51,736 nt of DNA from a virus (lineage: Duplodnaviria; Caudoviricetes): the IMG/VR virus record IMGVR_UViG_3300017913_000476, positions 1-51,736 of that record. One strand, written 5' to 3'. The translations under genes and the position numbers were made by a program. Shown here piece by piece: positions 17,846-26,384 of the stretch. Positions within the stretch are counted from its first letter, which is position 1. Each line of letters begins with the position of its first letter. Under the pieces are notes generated by a model. The model was not told the origin of the DNA. It ran no database searches and saw only the letters and a list, made by a program, of their open reading frames with translations.

Positions 17846-18516
17846 AGTATAAAAATGTAACTGTATTCACTGGGGCTGGAGTGTCAGCCGACAGTGGATT
17901 ACCCACGTTCCGTGACCCCAAGGGATTATGGGACAACCACAACCCTGACATTGTCTCGTCAGTCGGTGGCTTTGAACGTAACCGTGAGGAGTTCATGGAC
18001 TTCTGGGACACAGCCCGTGGCTATTTTCAGGGCGATAACTTCAAACCAAACAAGGCACATGAAATTCTTGCGATGTGGGAACGCTTGCAACATGAACATG
18101 GTGGCGAGTTCAATCTGATTACCACCAACGTGGACAACTTGCATGACCTTGCTGGTTCAAGTGACCCTATCAAAATCCACGGCGACATCTTGGTCAATGG
18201 TCGTGAGTATGAGTATGAAGTCGAAGGCAAGGTGTTTAGTTGGCACATGCCTGACGTTGTTCTGTTCGGTGACAGTAAGCACAGGGCAGATGATATGTGG
18301 AGAGCCGTTGCCAAGGCTGACTTGTTTGTGTGCGTTGGTTCGTCACTGTCCATCGGTGGTGACGATGCCATCATATACAATGCCAAAGACCAAGGTGCTG
18401 TCACAGTTGAGATTAATCCAAACCCAACAGGACACGCTGGCTTTGACGTTGTGATACCTAAGTCCGCAAGCGAAGGTCTTGAAGACCTGACAACCTTACT
18501 GTGGGGAAAGGGATGA
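17842..18516 (+). CDS. Sir2/CobB-family NAD-dependent deacylase
   Basis: TGAGVSADSGLPTFR, TNVDNLH..AG, IHG, PDVVLFG, VGSSL, EINP. Confidence 0.92.
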   Translation: MKYKNVTVFTGAGVSADSGLPTFRDPKGLWDNHNPDIVSSVGGFERNREEFMDFWDTARGYFQGDNFKPNKAHEILAMWERLQHEHGGEFNLITTNVDNLHDLAGSSDPIKIHGDILVNGREYEYEVEGKVFSWHMPDVVLFGDSKHRADDMWRAVAKADLFVCVGSSLSIGGDDAIIYNAKDQGAVTVEINPNPTGHAGFDVVIPKSASEGLEDLTTLLWGKG

Positions 18517-18821
18517 AAAGTAAAATGCATGAACGCTATTTAACCGCACGGCACAAATACAGGAACAAGTATGGTCGTGTAACCTCAGGTGACTTTCTTA
18601 AGAGGTGTAATGAAAATGATACGTTACTCAAAGACACAGTCGAGATTGCCTACTTACTCGGTGAGTGGCGCAGTCAGCACAGGCGCAACATCAAAAGCAG
18701 GAAGTACCAGTCGGTATACCGCGTCAAGAACCGCGACAAAGTCAGAACATACCAACGTGACTACAAGCGGAAGCTACGCGGAAGCAAGGCCTTTGTGTAT
18801 TCAATGCCAAAGCAAAGCTGA
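18513..18821 (+). CDS. basic hypothetical protein
   Basis: ATGA-coupled to the sirtuin. Confidence 0.6.
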   Translation: MKSKMHERYLTARHKYRNKYGRVTSGDFLKRCNENDTLLKDTVEIAYLLGEWRSQHRRNIKSRKYQSVYRVKNRDKVRTYQRDYKRKLRGSKAFVYSMPKQS

Positions 18822-18885
18822 TGCTGTGATTGGTGATGTGTATTATTGTGCGTACCACGCACTTAGGAAACAGAAAGGCGGGTAA
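18793..18885 (+). CDS. possible tiny Zn-finger peptide (CIQC...YYCAYH)
   Basis: C-terminal part of the 18589 ORF has CxxC...CxxH; start uncertain. Confidence 0.35.
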   Translation: MCIQCQSKADAVIGDVYYCAYHALRKQKGG

Positions 18886-18900
18886 CACCGCCTTTCTTTT
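18872..18900 (+). terminator. intrinsic terminator
   Basis: AGAAAGGCGG-GTAACA-CCGCCTTTCT followed by TTT. Confidence 0.8.
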
Positions 18901-18928
18901 ACCATTGTCTCGTCAGTAGGAGAATGTA

Positions 18929-19147
18929 ATGAGTATTTGCAAGCAATGCATGAAGCGCAAGAGTGAAATCAACTGGCGTAACTATCCATACATACGTCCT
19001 CACCTTCTCTGGGTAGATACCAAAGGTATATACCATTTCTATCCAGACTATGAGGACATTACATATTGCAGAGAGGAAGTGTTCCATGAAGCGAGTTCTG
19101 TACATCATAACTGTGGCTACATTCCTTCTGATATTCCTGTGAGGTAA
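18929..19147 (+). CDS. hypothetical protein
   Basis: SD AGGAG. Confidence 0.6.
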   Translation: MSICKQCMKRKSEINWRNYPYIRPHLLWVDTKGIYHFYPDYEDITYCREEVFHEASSVHHNCGYIPSDIPVR

Positions 19148-19149
19148 TC

Positions 19150-19980
19150 ATGAAAATAATTTCAAGGGACGATGCAATTAAGCTAGGCCTGAAGAATTAT
19201 TTTACAGGCAAGCCTTGCAAGCATGGACACATATCGGAACGACAGGTTGCCAATCATGTTTGTGTAACCTGTAGAAACAAAAGACAACGTGAACGTGCTA
19301 GACTGGTCAGGGTGTGGAGTGTCGATGGACAGCGCAGGAAACAGGCTAGACAAGCCGCAATGGAAAGCGGTGCATCCACATATTTTCACGGCATACCATG
19401 TAAGAATGGTCACGTTGCACCAAGGCAAACGTCAAACGGTGCGTGTACTGAATGCACATATCAGAGAAACAAGACTGATAAGGTTAAGCAGTACAAGAAA
19501 CAACACAAGAAAGATAACAGAGACAAGTATCTGCAACACCAAAGGAGAAGACGCGCAGAAAACTTGGAAGAAATGCGTGAGTATCATCGCAACTATTTTC
19601 AGCAAAACAAAGAACGTCTCGTTGCACAAAGCAGAAGGAGACACCTTGAGAGGTTGAAAGAAGAAGATGGATACCGCGATAAGGTAAAGGCACAAAGAAA
19701 AAAATGGCGCGTTAATAACCGTGCCTACATGTGTCAGTACTCAAGCATGAGAAGCAAGAGGGTGGCACAAGCGACACCGTCTTGGGTAAATGTTGAAAGC
19801 CTTATCCTTAAATATAAGGAAAGGGAAACTATGTCGCGGCTAACTGGCGTGACACACCACGTTGACCATCGCGTTCCCATAAAGGGTAAAAATGTATGTG
19901 GTCTTCATGTGCCGTGGAACTTAAGGGTTATCACGGCTGAACACAACCTATCAAAACATAACAAGTGGAGTAGTAAATGA
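19150..19980 (+). CDS. free-standing HNH endonuclease
   Basis: Two YF.G.PCK.GH...R......C..C repeats and C-terminal HVDHRVP...VCGLHVPWNL...N..K. Confidence 0.88.
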   Translation: MKIISRDDAIKLGLKNYFTGKPCKHGHISERQVANHVCVTCRNKRQRERARLVRVWSVDGQRRKQARQAAMESGASTYFHGIPCKNGHVAPRQTSNGACTECTYQRNKTDKVKQYKKQHKKDNRDKYLQHQRRRRAENLEEMREYHRNYFQQNKERLVAQSRRRHLERLKEEDGYRDKVKAQRKKWRVNNRAYMCQYSSMRSKRVAQATPSWVNVESLILKYKERETMSRLTGVTHHVDHRVPIKGKNVCGLHVPWNLRVITAEHNLSKHNKWSSK

Positions 19981-20366
19981 CTTATGAAGAGGTCGTAGTG
20001 CAAGTGTCAGGAAACTACCTGACTGATTTTCTTCCAGCAAACTGGAACAAAATGGAAGAGAAGGAACTTGATGAGTTCCTTGAGAGCCATTCATGGGAAC
20101 CCTTGGAATATTGGGACACCAATGATGTGTGGGAACTAATCATGAATGCGGCAGACACCGCATGGAAAATGATTAACAGACTGCACCGTGATGAGATTGC
20201 AGTGAAGTGGAATATCGATGACATCAAGTCTCGTGATAACTCGTTAACTGATGATGAATGCAGGAACGTACTTGTGTCACTGAAGTCAGACCACGATGCA
20301 ACGATTGGCATCAACTGGGATGTCATTGATGAAACCATTTACTGGGAGAAAAGAAAAAATGTCTAA
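19977..20366 (+). CDS. hypothetical protein
   Basis: Coupled; HDATIGINWDVI motif. Confidence 0.7.
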   Translation: MTYEEVVVQVSGNYLTDFLPANWNKMEEKELDEFLESHSWEPLEYWDTNDVWELIMNAADTAWKMINRLHRDEIAVKWNIDDIKSRDNSLTDDECRNVLVSLKSDHDATIGINWDVIDETIYWEKRKNV

Positions 20367-20553
20367 TGATTATCAAACTCAAGAACAGATAGATGCATGT
20401 GACTACGTCACTACCATACGATGGGGCATCGAAGAACCCTTCAAGGAAGTTACTTATGGCTTCAAAACAAAGGGTGAATATTGGGCATTCATGATGGGTG
20501 TCGAACAGTCCAACGGATGGATGGAATACGAAGAGGTTCAGGAAGATGAATAA
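20359..20553 (+). CDS. hypothetical protein
   Basis: Start at MSNDY after GGAG. Confidence 0.6.
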   Translation: MSNDYQTQEQIDACDYVTTIRWGIEEPFKEVTYGFKTKGEYWAFMMGVEQSNGWMEYEEVQEDE

Positions 20554-20689
20554 GTACAAAGTGACGTTTACTATAGAGGTGAACACTGAAGCATCAGATG
20601 AGAGTGAAGCGATGAATATTGCCCTAGACTGTGCAGATTGGGGCAATGCTGATGTTGACGTAGAGGAGTTGGACGAAGATGTTAGCTGA
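20546..20689 (+). CDS. small acidic hypothetical protein
   Basis: MNKYKVTF..EV..EA....EA pattern common in phage early regions. Confidence 0.6.
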   Translation: MNKYKVTFTIEVNTEASDESEAMNIALDCADWGNADVDVEELDEDVS

Positions 20690-21101
20690 AGCAATCGTGT
20701 GTTTAGCACTCAATGTATATCATGAAGCAAGAGACCAGCCTTTCAAAGGTCAGATTGCTGTGGCACAGGTTGTAATGAACCGTGTCCATGATGACAGATA
20801 TCCCGATGATGTTTGTTCTGTAGTAAAGCAAGGACAGACATACTCTTGGAAGCCAGACTTCCCCATTCGAGACAGGTGTCAGTTTAGTTGGTACTGTGAT
20901 GGCAAGTCAGACAAGGCGCGTGACAAGATTGCTTGGCAACAGGCAGTGATGATTGCACACGGCGTTTACTACAGTAATGTCTATGACTTGGTTGACGGTG
21001 CCACACATTATCATGCCACCTATGTCCTGCCCGACTGGGCTGAGACAAAGACCAAGGTCTCTGAGATTGGAGACCATGTGTTCTATCGTTGGGAACAGTA
21101 A
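20679..21101 (+). CDS. SleB-like cell wall hydrolase (Hydrolase_2)
   Basis: CLALNVYHEAR...AVAQVVMNRV...CQFSWYC...GATHYHA...IGDHVFY. Confidence 0.92.
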   Translation: MLAEAIVCLALNVYHEARDQPFKGQIAVAQVVMNRVHDDRYPDDVCSVVKQGQTYSWKPDFPIRDRCQFSWYCDGKSDKARDKIAWQQAVMIAHGVYYSNVYDLVDGATHYHATYVLPDWAETKTKVSEIGDHVFYRWEQ

Positions 21102-21111
21102 AGGAGAATGT

Positions 21112-21333
21112 ATGACTGACTGGTTCAGCGTAGATGAAAGAATGCCTGAGGTTGGGCAAAGGGTAGAATACTACTTCGCGCCTAGCCCAGACTTTGTAAT
21201 CCAGAGTACGGGTAAGTTCGATGGGTATTATGTAGATGAAGATGGTAACGAGTACCGTGCCATGCATATCTTTGTCGGAGACCAAGGGGGATGGCTGACT
21301 GGTGACGTTACCCACTGGAGACCAGTCGAGTAA
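21112..21333 (+). CDS. DUF551-like protein
   Basis: W.SV.ERMPE...VTHW.P; SD AAGGAG. Confidence 0.75.
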   Translation: MTDWFSVDERMPEVGQRVEYYFAPSPDFVIQSTGKFDGYYVDEDGNEYRAMHIFVGDQGGWLTGDVTHWRPVE

Positions 21334-21365
21334 AAGAAAAGGGCGACCCGTGAGCCGCCCCTTTC
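21334..21365. terminator. hairpin between convergent transcription units
   Basis: AAAAGAAAAGGGCG...CGCCCCTTT. Confidence 0.55.
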
Positions 21366-21458
21366 CCGTCAGTAGGTAGTATGGGTAATGCAAAACCCAT
21401 GCCACTAATATACTACCCGACTTCCCCCAACTCAAGCCCCACACCAAAAGCGAGTACG

Positions 21459-21953
21459 CTAAATGTATCTGGCGTACTTGCCCATTATTTTATCTAGTTC
21501 ATCCAACGCATCGCGCAACATAGACATGCCGTGCTTCCTAACATTGCCGCCGTACTTACGCTGTTGTTCCCTCATGCTTTCGTCAAACACAACTACGTTA
21601 CGCATGATTGATAGACTGTCAGCCGATGCCTTACACTTAACAAACTCTTCCACCTTACCCAAGATGATACGAGCCTCTGCTTGTTTGTTAGTAATGACAG
21701 GCTTGCCAGTGCCAACCTTCATCTTTCCAATCTGACTTACAACATGGGGAGTTGCTTGAGCCAAACTTGCTAGACTGAAATACCAGTTAGCCGCTTGGTG
21801 CTGGCTGTGGTTTATCTTTCCATCTAATATATACCTGTCAATCTGTCTTTGGTCTATGCGTCTCATGCGGGTTTTGTTTTTATCTGCCCACTCAAGGCGC
21901 ATGACCCCAGTATCTGTCTTTAATATTTTGTCTTTAGACTTCTTCGTACTCAT
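21459..21953 (-). CDS. putative late-gene regulator (DUF6456/Q-like)
   Basis: Last gene of the replication operon; G.I...Q.QAA..Y...LR.ALDEL pattern. Confidence 0.5.
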   Translation of the reverse strand: MSTKKSKDKILKTDTGVMRLEWADKNKTRMRRIDQRQIDRYILDGKINHSQHQAANWYFSLASLAQATPHVVSQIGKMKVGTGKPVITNKQAEARIILGKVEEFVKCKASADSLSIMRNVVVFDESMREQQRKYGGNVRKHGMSMLRDALDELDKIMGKYARYI

Positions 21954-23430
21954 GGAAATGCGCTGTGTCCTCATCGTATGTATATAGCACCTGACCACGC
22001 TTACCAATGATGTCCTCATATCTGGACTTGGCTATACGCGCCGCCGTAATGCTGTTGTTCCTATGCACAATCATGCCAAGGTCTGCTTTATTATACCACA
22101 TAGCAGACTGTTCGATGTCATAGAGTGTAGGTATCTCTACGTTACCGTCTTTATCCTTATTGATTTTGCGAGGGTGTGCAACAACAACCACATGTACATT
22201 GTGCTTTGCCGCGAACCTCTTAAGGTTCTTGATAAACCACCCGATGTAGATGGTCATACTTTCACCTTCGGTGTTGTGTTCCATCTCATTAAACGGGTCA
22301 ATGATAATTACATCACAGTCTTGTTGCACAACTGCCACTGACATCTTTTCAAGAAGCCAGTTGATATCCACACTGTCTTCCCAACTTGGATAGATAACCC
22401 TGAAGTGTCTGTCCAGCCAATGGCTAAACTCAGTTGCATCCTTCTCTTCCATATACTTGGCGTGAGTAGGTGAGATGCGCTTCTTATATTCCCAGAACCA
22501 CCACTTGCGTAACGCCCTGAGATGGTCAGTCTGTGGTGCTTGCTCGAATGATGCAAAGCACACACGCATGTCATGGTTCTTCACCAAGTTACACATCATG
22601 TGATTGAGGAAGGTTGACTTGCCCGATGATGGGACACCAGTCACAACGGTGAAGTCACCGCGTCTTAACTTGAAGTGATGGTCAAGCGACCCCATACCAA
22701 GATTGTAGACGGGACGCTCGTCAATATCAGGCAGTTCATCAAAAGAGTACACACCGTCAACTGGGAACCACTTCGCCCGTGCTATCGTTTCGGTTACGCC
22801 CTTCTCTCCGTATGACTTAAGCGCATCATTGAGGTCTTTGCAACCCTTGGGATACGATACGAACTTGCATCTTGTCTTGCCCAGCCTGACAGCAAGGTCT
22901 TCCCTGAGTACCTGACCGTTGGTATCTCCGTCAGTACACAGTATAATCTCTGTACAATTCTCCAGTAACCCGATGATGTCTCGCACATAAGAATACTTAT
23001 GTGATACACCGTCACGTTCTGGCTCAATGTTCTTTGAAGGCGCACCGTCAGGTACAGATATAGACCTGATGAAACCACACTGTACTGCGGCGATGCAATC
23101 CCACTCGCCCTCTGTGATAATGACTGGTAAATGGTTAATGCTTTCATCCAGAAGTACCTCTCTGTTCCAGACTACTTTCTCACCGCCCTTGTCCTGAGAC
23201 CAAGGCGGCAACCCATCGACCCCCCGATAGTTCTTGTACTTATGATTTACAACCTCGCCATCCTTGTAATAAGGCAGGGCAATAACATCAGTACCACGCT
23301 GACTTAAGCCGTAGACCCCCATTTTTAGGGCGATTTCTACGTCCAGTCCCCGTTGAATTATGTAATCCGTTGCTTCGCTGGTTAGCGGTGTCGAATCCTG
23401 AACGCCAACCGCAGTTGTGGCAGATGACAT
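21934..23430 (-). CDS. TOPRIM primase + SF4 helicase (T7 gp4/Twinkle-like) lacking its Zn-binding domain
   Basis: ITEGEWD, SVPDGA, DGDTNG, KDLND; Walker A GVPSSGKST, IIDP, VAHP. Confidence 0.92.
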   Translation of the reverse strand: MSSATTAVGVQDSTPLTSEATDYIIQRGLDVEIALKMGVYGLSQRGTDVIALPYYKDGEVVNHKYKNYRGVDGLPPWSQDKGGEKVVWNREVLLDESINHLPVIITEGEWDCIAAVQCGFIRSISVPDGAPSKNIEPERDGVSHKYSYVRDIIGLLENCTEIILCTDGDTNGQVLREDLAVRLGKTRCKFVSYPKGCKDLNDALKSYGEKGVTETIARAKWFPVDGVYSFDELPDIDERPVYNLGMGSLDHHFKLRRGDFTVVTGVPSSGKSTFLNHMMCNLVKNHDMRVCFASFEQAPQTDHLRALRKWWFWEYKKRISPTHAKYMEEKDATEFSHWLDRHFRVIYPSWEDSVDINWLLEKMSVAVVQQDCDVIIIDPFNEMEHNTEGESMTIYIGWFIKNLKRFAAKHNVHVVVVAHPRKINKDKDGNVEIPTLYDIEQSAMWYNKADLGMIVHRNNSITAARIAKSRYEDIIGKRGQVLYTYDEDTAHFHEYEEV

Positions 23431-23611
23431 ATATGTCTCCTTCCTCTGGATGCTTTACACCCAGACACCTATCTGACTTTTTTCTTCTACTGTCCGAACA
23501 CTTGGGGCATCTGCATCTGCGCCAACCGCTGAACGTACCACTACTTAGGACGGAGTCTAACTCGCTACCAAATGCACCGTGTCTGTCGAGAAACTTATCT
23601 ACCGTAGACAT
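23288..23611 (-). CDS. stand-alone primase zinc-binding domain
   Basis: CPKCS..R.K...CL.V.......CHNCGW.G; TAATG-coupled to the upstream initiator gene. Confidence 0.75.
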   Translation of the reverse strand: MSTVDKFLDRHGAFGSELDSVLSSGTFSGWRRCRCPKCSDSRRKKSDRCLGVKHPEEGDIYVICHNCGWRSGFDTANQRSNGLHNSTGTGRRNRPKNGGLRLKSAWY

Positions 23612-24321
23612 TAGAAACTATCCCACTGCTTGTTAAACACGGCAGTGTCCGATGTGTCCTTAACCTCAAGCCATCCTTCCCAGTGTCCCTCGTTCAGGAA
23701 TTTCTTGGGATTGTAAACGAACTGTCCGTCAGACTTCTCTGCCGCGTAATTCTTTGCCGCCAATATTAACTGGTCAATGGTTGCCCCAGCTTTGACAGCA
23801 GAAGTAAATGCACCGTGCGCTGAGTTCCTTCCAGTGCGAGGCCATCGCCTTGGCTTTCCGTTCTCAAGAGTTCCGCAAGGGTAGGCTGAATGAAACTCAT
23901 CCCACCCCTTGGTGCTTATATTTCTTTCTTCTTTATTATTATTTTCTTCTTTATGTGTCAACTTATGGACGGATGCTGTGTCATTCTTGTGACCGTTGGA
24001 TTGATATTGTTCGTAATTACAAACAGTTATGCGTGTCAATCCTGTTGTCACATCTGTGACAATCATGTGGCACTCTTCAAGCCTCTTCAGGAAGCGAGAT
24101 ACCTTCTTCACATCCCACTTGACGTAGTCACACAGGTTCCTGAGGCTAGTGAAAAACTGCCCCCTCTTGACGCTTTGATAATGTCCGTTGATTGTAGTGT
24201 GAGTGTCCTGCCAAGCGGCTCTCTCTATAATATGGAGCCATACGATGCGGTCATCGTTATCCTTGAGGACTGGGTTGTCCATCCAACCCCTGTGCATTTT
24301 ATAGTAACCTACTGACTTCAC
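23611..24321 (-). CDS. replication initiator (lambda O/DnaD-like)
   Basis: GYYKMHRGW N-terminus, wHTH-like RGQFFTSLRNL...ITVCNYEQYQ, C-terminal FHSAYP...P..FLN..W; GTG start after GGGGG. Confidence 0.8.
   Translation of the reverse strand: MKSVGYYKMHRGWMDNPVLKDNDDRIVWLHIIERAAWQDTHTTINGHYQSVKRGQFFTSLRNLCDYVKWDVKKVSRFLKRLEECHMIVTDVTTGLTRITVCNYEQYQSNGHKNDTASVHKLTHKEENNNKEERNISTKGWDEFHSAYPCGTLENGKPRRWPRTGRNSAHGAFTSAVKAGATIDQLILAAKNYAAEKSDGQFVYNPKKFLNEGHWEGWLEVKDTSDTAVFNKQWDSF
23930..24062. other. candidate replication origin within the initiator gene
   Basis: AT-rich tract, four hexamer repeats spaced 11-12 bp, palindrome TTGTCACA-TC-TGTGACAA. Confidence 0.45.
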
Positions 24322-24342
24322 ATTACTACCCCCTTTAGTCGA

Positions 24343-24383
24343 GGTATAGAAGAAGGGCGAGGCACTGTCAAGCACCTCGCCCC
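24343..24383 (-). promoter_or_regulatory. promoter TTGACA-N17-TATACC embedded in a hairpin downstream of the RNR gene
   Basis: TTGACA 24371-24366, TATACC 24348-24343; stem GGGCGAGG/CCTCGCCC. Confidence 0.6.
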
Positions 24384-24388
24384 TGATT

Positions 24389-26068
24389 TTACACGCCGCA
24401 ACTGCCGCCGTGCTGAGTGATGTCGCAGATATCGTGGGTCTCCACGGCCTCTTCAAACTCTGTCCCCAGCTTCTCGACTGCCTCTTTATAAGGCACAGAT
24501 GTCAGCGGCTGACCGCCTCTCGCCCCATCTGGATAGCAAGTAAAGCCACGAAGACCGTGCGCGTACTTTGCCAGTGTGCCAGCAAACTGTTCGACAGTGT
24601 CCTCGTTGTTAAGGGGTGAACCCCACGAAGGCAGATTGATTGTAGAGGATATTGACATGTCAACGTAAGACTGAACATCGAACTGGAACTTCATCCGCCG
24701 CTCATAGTCTTCAGCCAAGTCGATGGCGGACTCAATCTTGTTTGGGTCTGCACCATACACATCAATCATTTCCTGTGCCGCCGCATCAACAACATACTGA
24801 TAGTGCCACCTGTTGTTCTTGAGGTAGCGTCTCTTATAAGCAACAGCGAAGATTGGCTCGACACCAGTCGTGGTTCCAGCGATGATACCGATGGTTCCAG
24901 TCGGTGCTACTGCACGTTTGGCAACAGGACGGGAGATACCAAGTTCATCAGCAAACTTATCTGCCGTACCGTTTGAGACATCCTGATACACCCTGAGCCA
25001 CCGATGCAACTCATCAGTCACCTCGTACTTTTCGTTACGGGCAATCAACCACTCATGAAGACCCATCAGACCCAGACCGAGGCGGCGGTTCTTCTCCCGT
25101 GTCTCATAAATCTTCTCGTATGGAAGCTGTGCCACGATAGTTCCACACACGAGGAACTTGGTGACCAAGTATACAATACTATTTAACTGGTCAATGTCAT
25201 CGATACGGGCGAAGTTCAGGCTTGCAAGGTTACACAAGTCGGAGTCATCCGCGCTTGTCACTTCTGTGCATGCGTTACGAAGTGTCTCGTTCTCTTTGTC
25301 AAAGAAGTTGAAAGAGAAGCCCGGCTCCGCAGTCTGCATTGCCTGACGACAGTTCTTCATAAAGACATCGCCAACCTCACCAGTCTTCCAGTAATTAAGA
25401 AGCCACTCCGTGTCGTAGTTGACAGAGATGTTGGTCATGTCAAGGGGTGCAGGGAAGTTGAAGTCGTCCTGCTTTGCATCGAACAGTGTGTAACCTGAGT
25501 TACCGATTGGCATGTCGTGCCAGTTCTTTGCGTTGAGGAAATCCTGAATATCGCCATGCTTCCAGTTAAGTGATGCGTAGATAGCAGAACGGCGTGAGCC
25601 ACCCTGCATTACAGACCGACCAATCTCGTTAATCATACGCATCTTGGTGACCGCACCTGACGCAGTTCCGCCTGTACCACCGAGTGCTGACCCTGCTGGA
25701 CGGTACACTGAGTAGTCAATACCTATTCCACCACCAGTCATCAGGCAACTCTCTGCCTTCCAAGAAAGGTTCGCCCAATCTTCACGGGTATCCTCTTCGG
25801 CACGGAGAAGGAAACAGTTATTAAAGAATTTATTTTTGCGACCAGCGTAGTAGAGGTAGCGTCCGCCAGCTACCCAACGAAGATGTGTCAGGTGGTCAAC
25901 CAACTCATCCTTCTCATCCTGAGGCATCATGTCACGACACACATCCTCAACCAGAGTTCTTGACAACTCTGCCCACGTTGTTGCGTTCTCATGTGCGTAT
26001 TTTGTATTGAAGATGTCCTCAGAAAATTTCGTCCGAAACATCGGATTCTTGTTCGACTTCCATGTCAT
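24389..26068 (-). CDS. nrdJ: class II (B12-dependent) ribonucleotide reductase
   Basis: NNC, GGG.G, RRSA, NACTE, APTGT, C-terminal Cys pair; no beta subunit gene nearby. Confidence 0.88.
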   Translation of the reverse strand: MTWKSNKNPMFRTKFSEDIFNTKYAHENATTWAELSRTLVEDVCRDMMPQDEKDELVDHLTHLRWVAGGRYLYYAGRKNKFFNNCFLLRAEEDTREDWANLSWKAESCLMTGGGIGIDYSVYRPAGSALGGTGGTASGAVTKMRMINEIGRSVMQGGSRRSAIYASLNWKHGDIQDFLNAKNWHDMPIGNSGYTLFDAKQDDFNFPAPLDMTNISVNYDTEWLLNYWKTGEVGDVFMKNCRQAMQTAEPGFSFNFFDKENETLRNACTEVTSADDSDLCNLASLNFARIDDIDQLNSIVYLVTKFLVCGTIVAQLPYEKIYETREKNRRLGLGLMGLHEWLIARNEKYEVTDELHRWLRVYQDVSNGTADKFADELGISRPVAKRAVAPTGTIGIIAGTTTGVEPIFAVAYKRRYLKNNRWHYQYVVDAAAQEMIDVYGADPNKIESAIDLAEDYERRMKFQFDVQSYVDMSISSTINLPSWGSPLNNEDTVEQFAGTLAKYAHGLRGFTCYPDGARGGQPLTSVPYKEAVEKLGTEFEEAVETHDICDITQHGGSCGV

Positions 26069-26384
26069 CAGTCAGTTTCCTTCCTTGCTTGGCGAATGTA
26101 TCTCGCCATTCGATTAGAGATTTCTTTGCTTCTGTGTCGCCCTTGGTAAGGCGTTTGGCAAAGATAACTATTGCATCCTCTGGTATGGTTGCGGCTTCAC
26201 AAACTTCACGGAAGTCAGTCCCCCCTCCGAGAAGCCACTCAGTCGCTTCCCGTTTTATTTGTTCGTGTTTCCACTCAGGCCATGAGGGATTTATGGAACG
26301 TCCGAGTCCTGCGGCATCAAGCAACGCTTGCAGTACTACGGCTCTCCACATTCTGTTTATGCTTTCTAGCGAGACCCCAGTCAA
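26019..26384 (-). CDS. hypothetical protein
   Basis: WRAVVLQALLDA...DFREVC..A motif; start uncertain. Confidence 0.65.
   Translation of the reverse strand: MTGVSLESINRMWRAVVLQALLDAAGLGRSINPSWPEWKHEQIKREATEWLLGGGTDFREVCEAATIPEDAIVIFAKRLTKGDTEAKKSLIEWRDTFAKQGRKLTDDMEVEQESDVSDEIF

Noticed and set aside
17842-18516. Sir2 as a Thoeris/DSR-type defence NADase
   Set aside because: Motifs match CobB-like deacylases, and there is no TIR, HerA or pAgo partner
19150-19980. HNH gene as part of a self-splicing intron
   Set aside because: It is tightly coupled to intact small ORFs on both sides, with no split gene or room for intron structure
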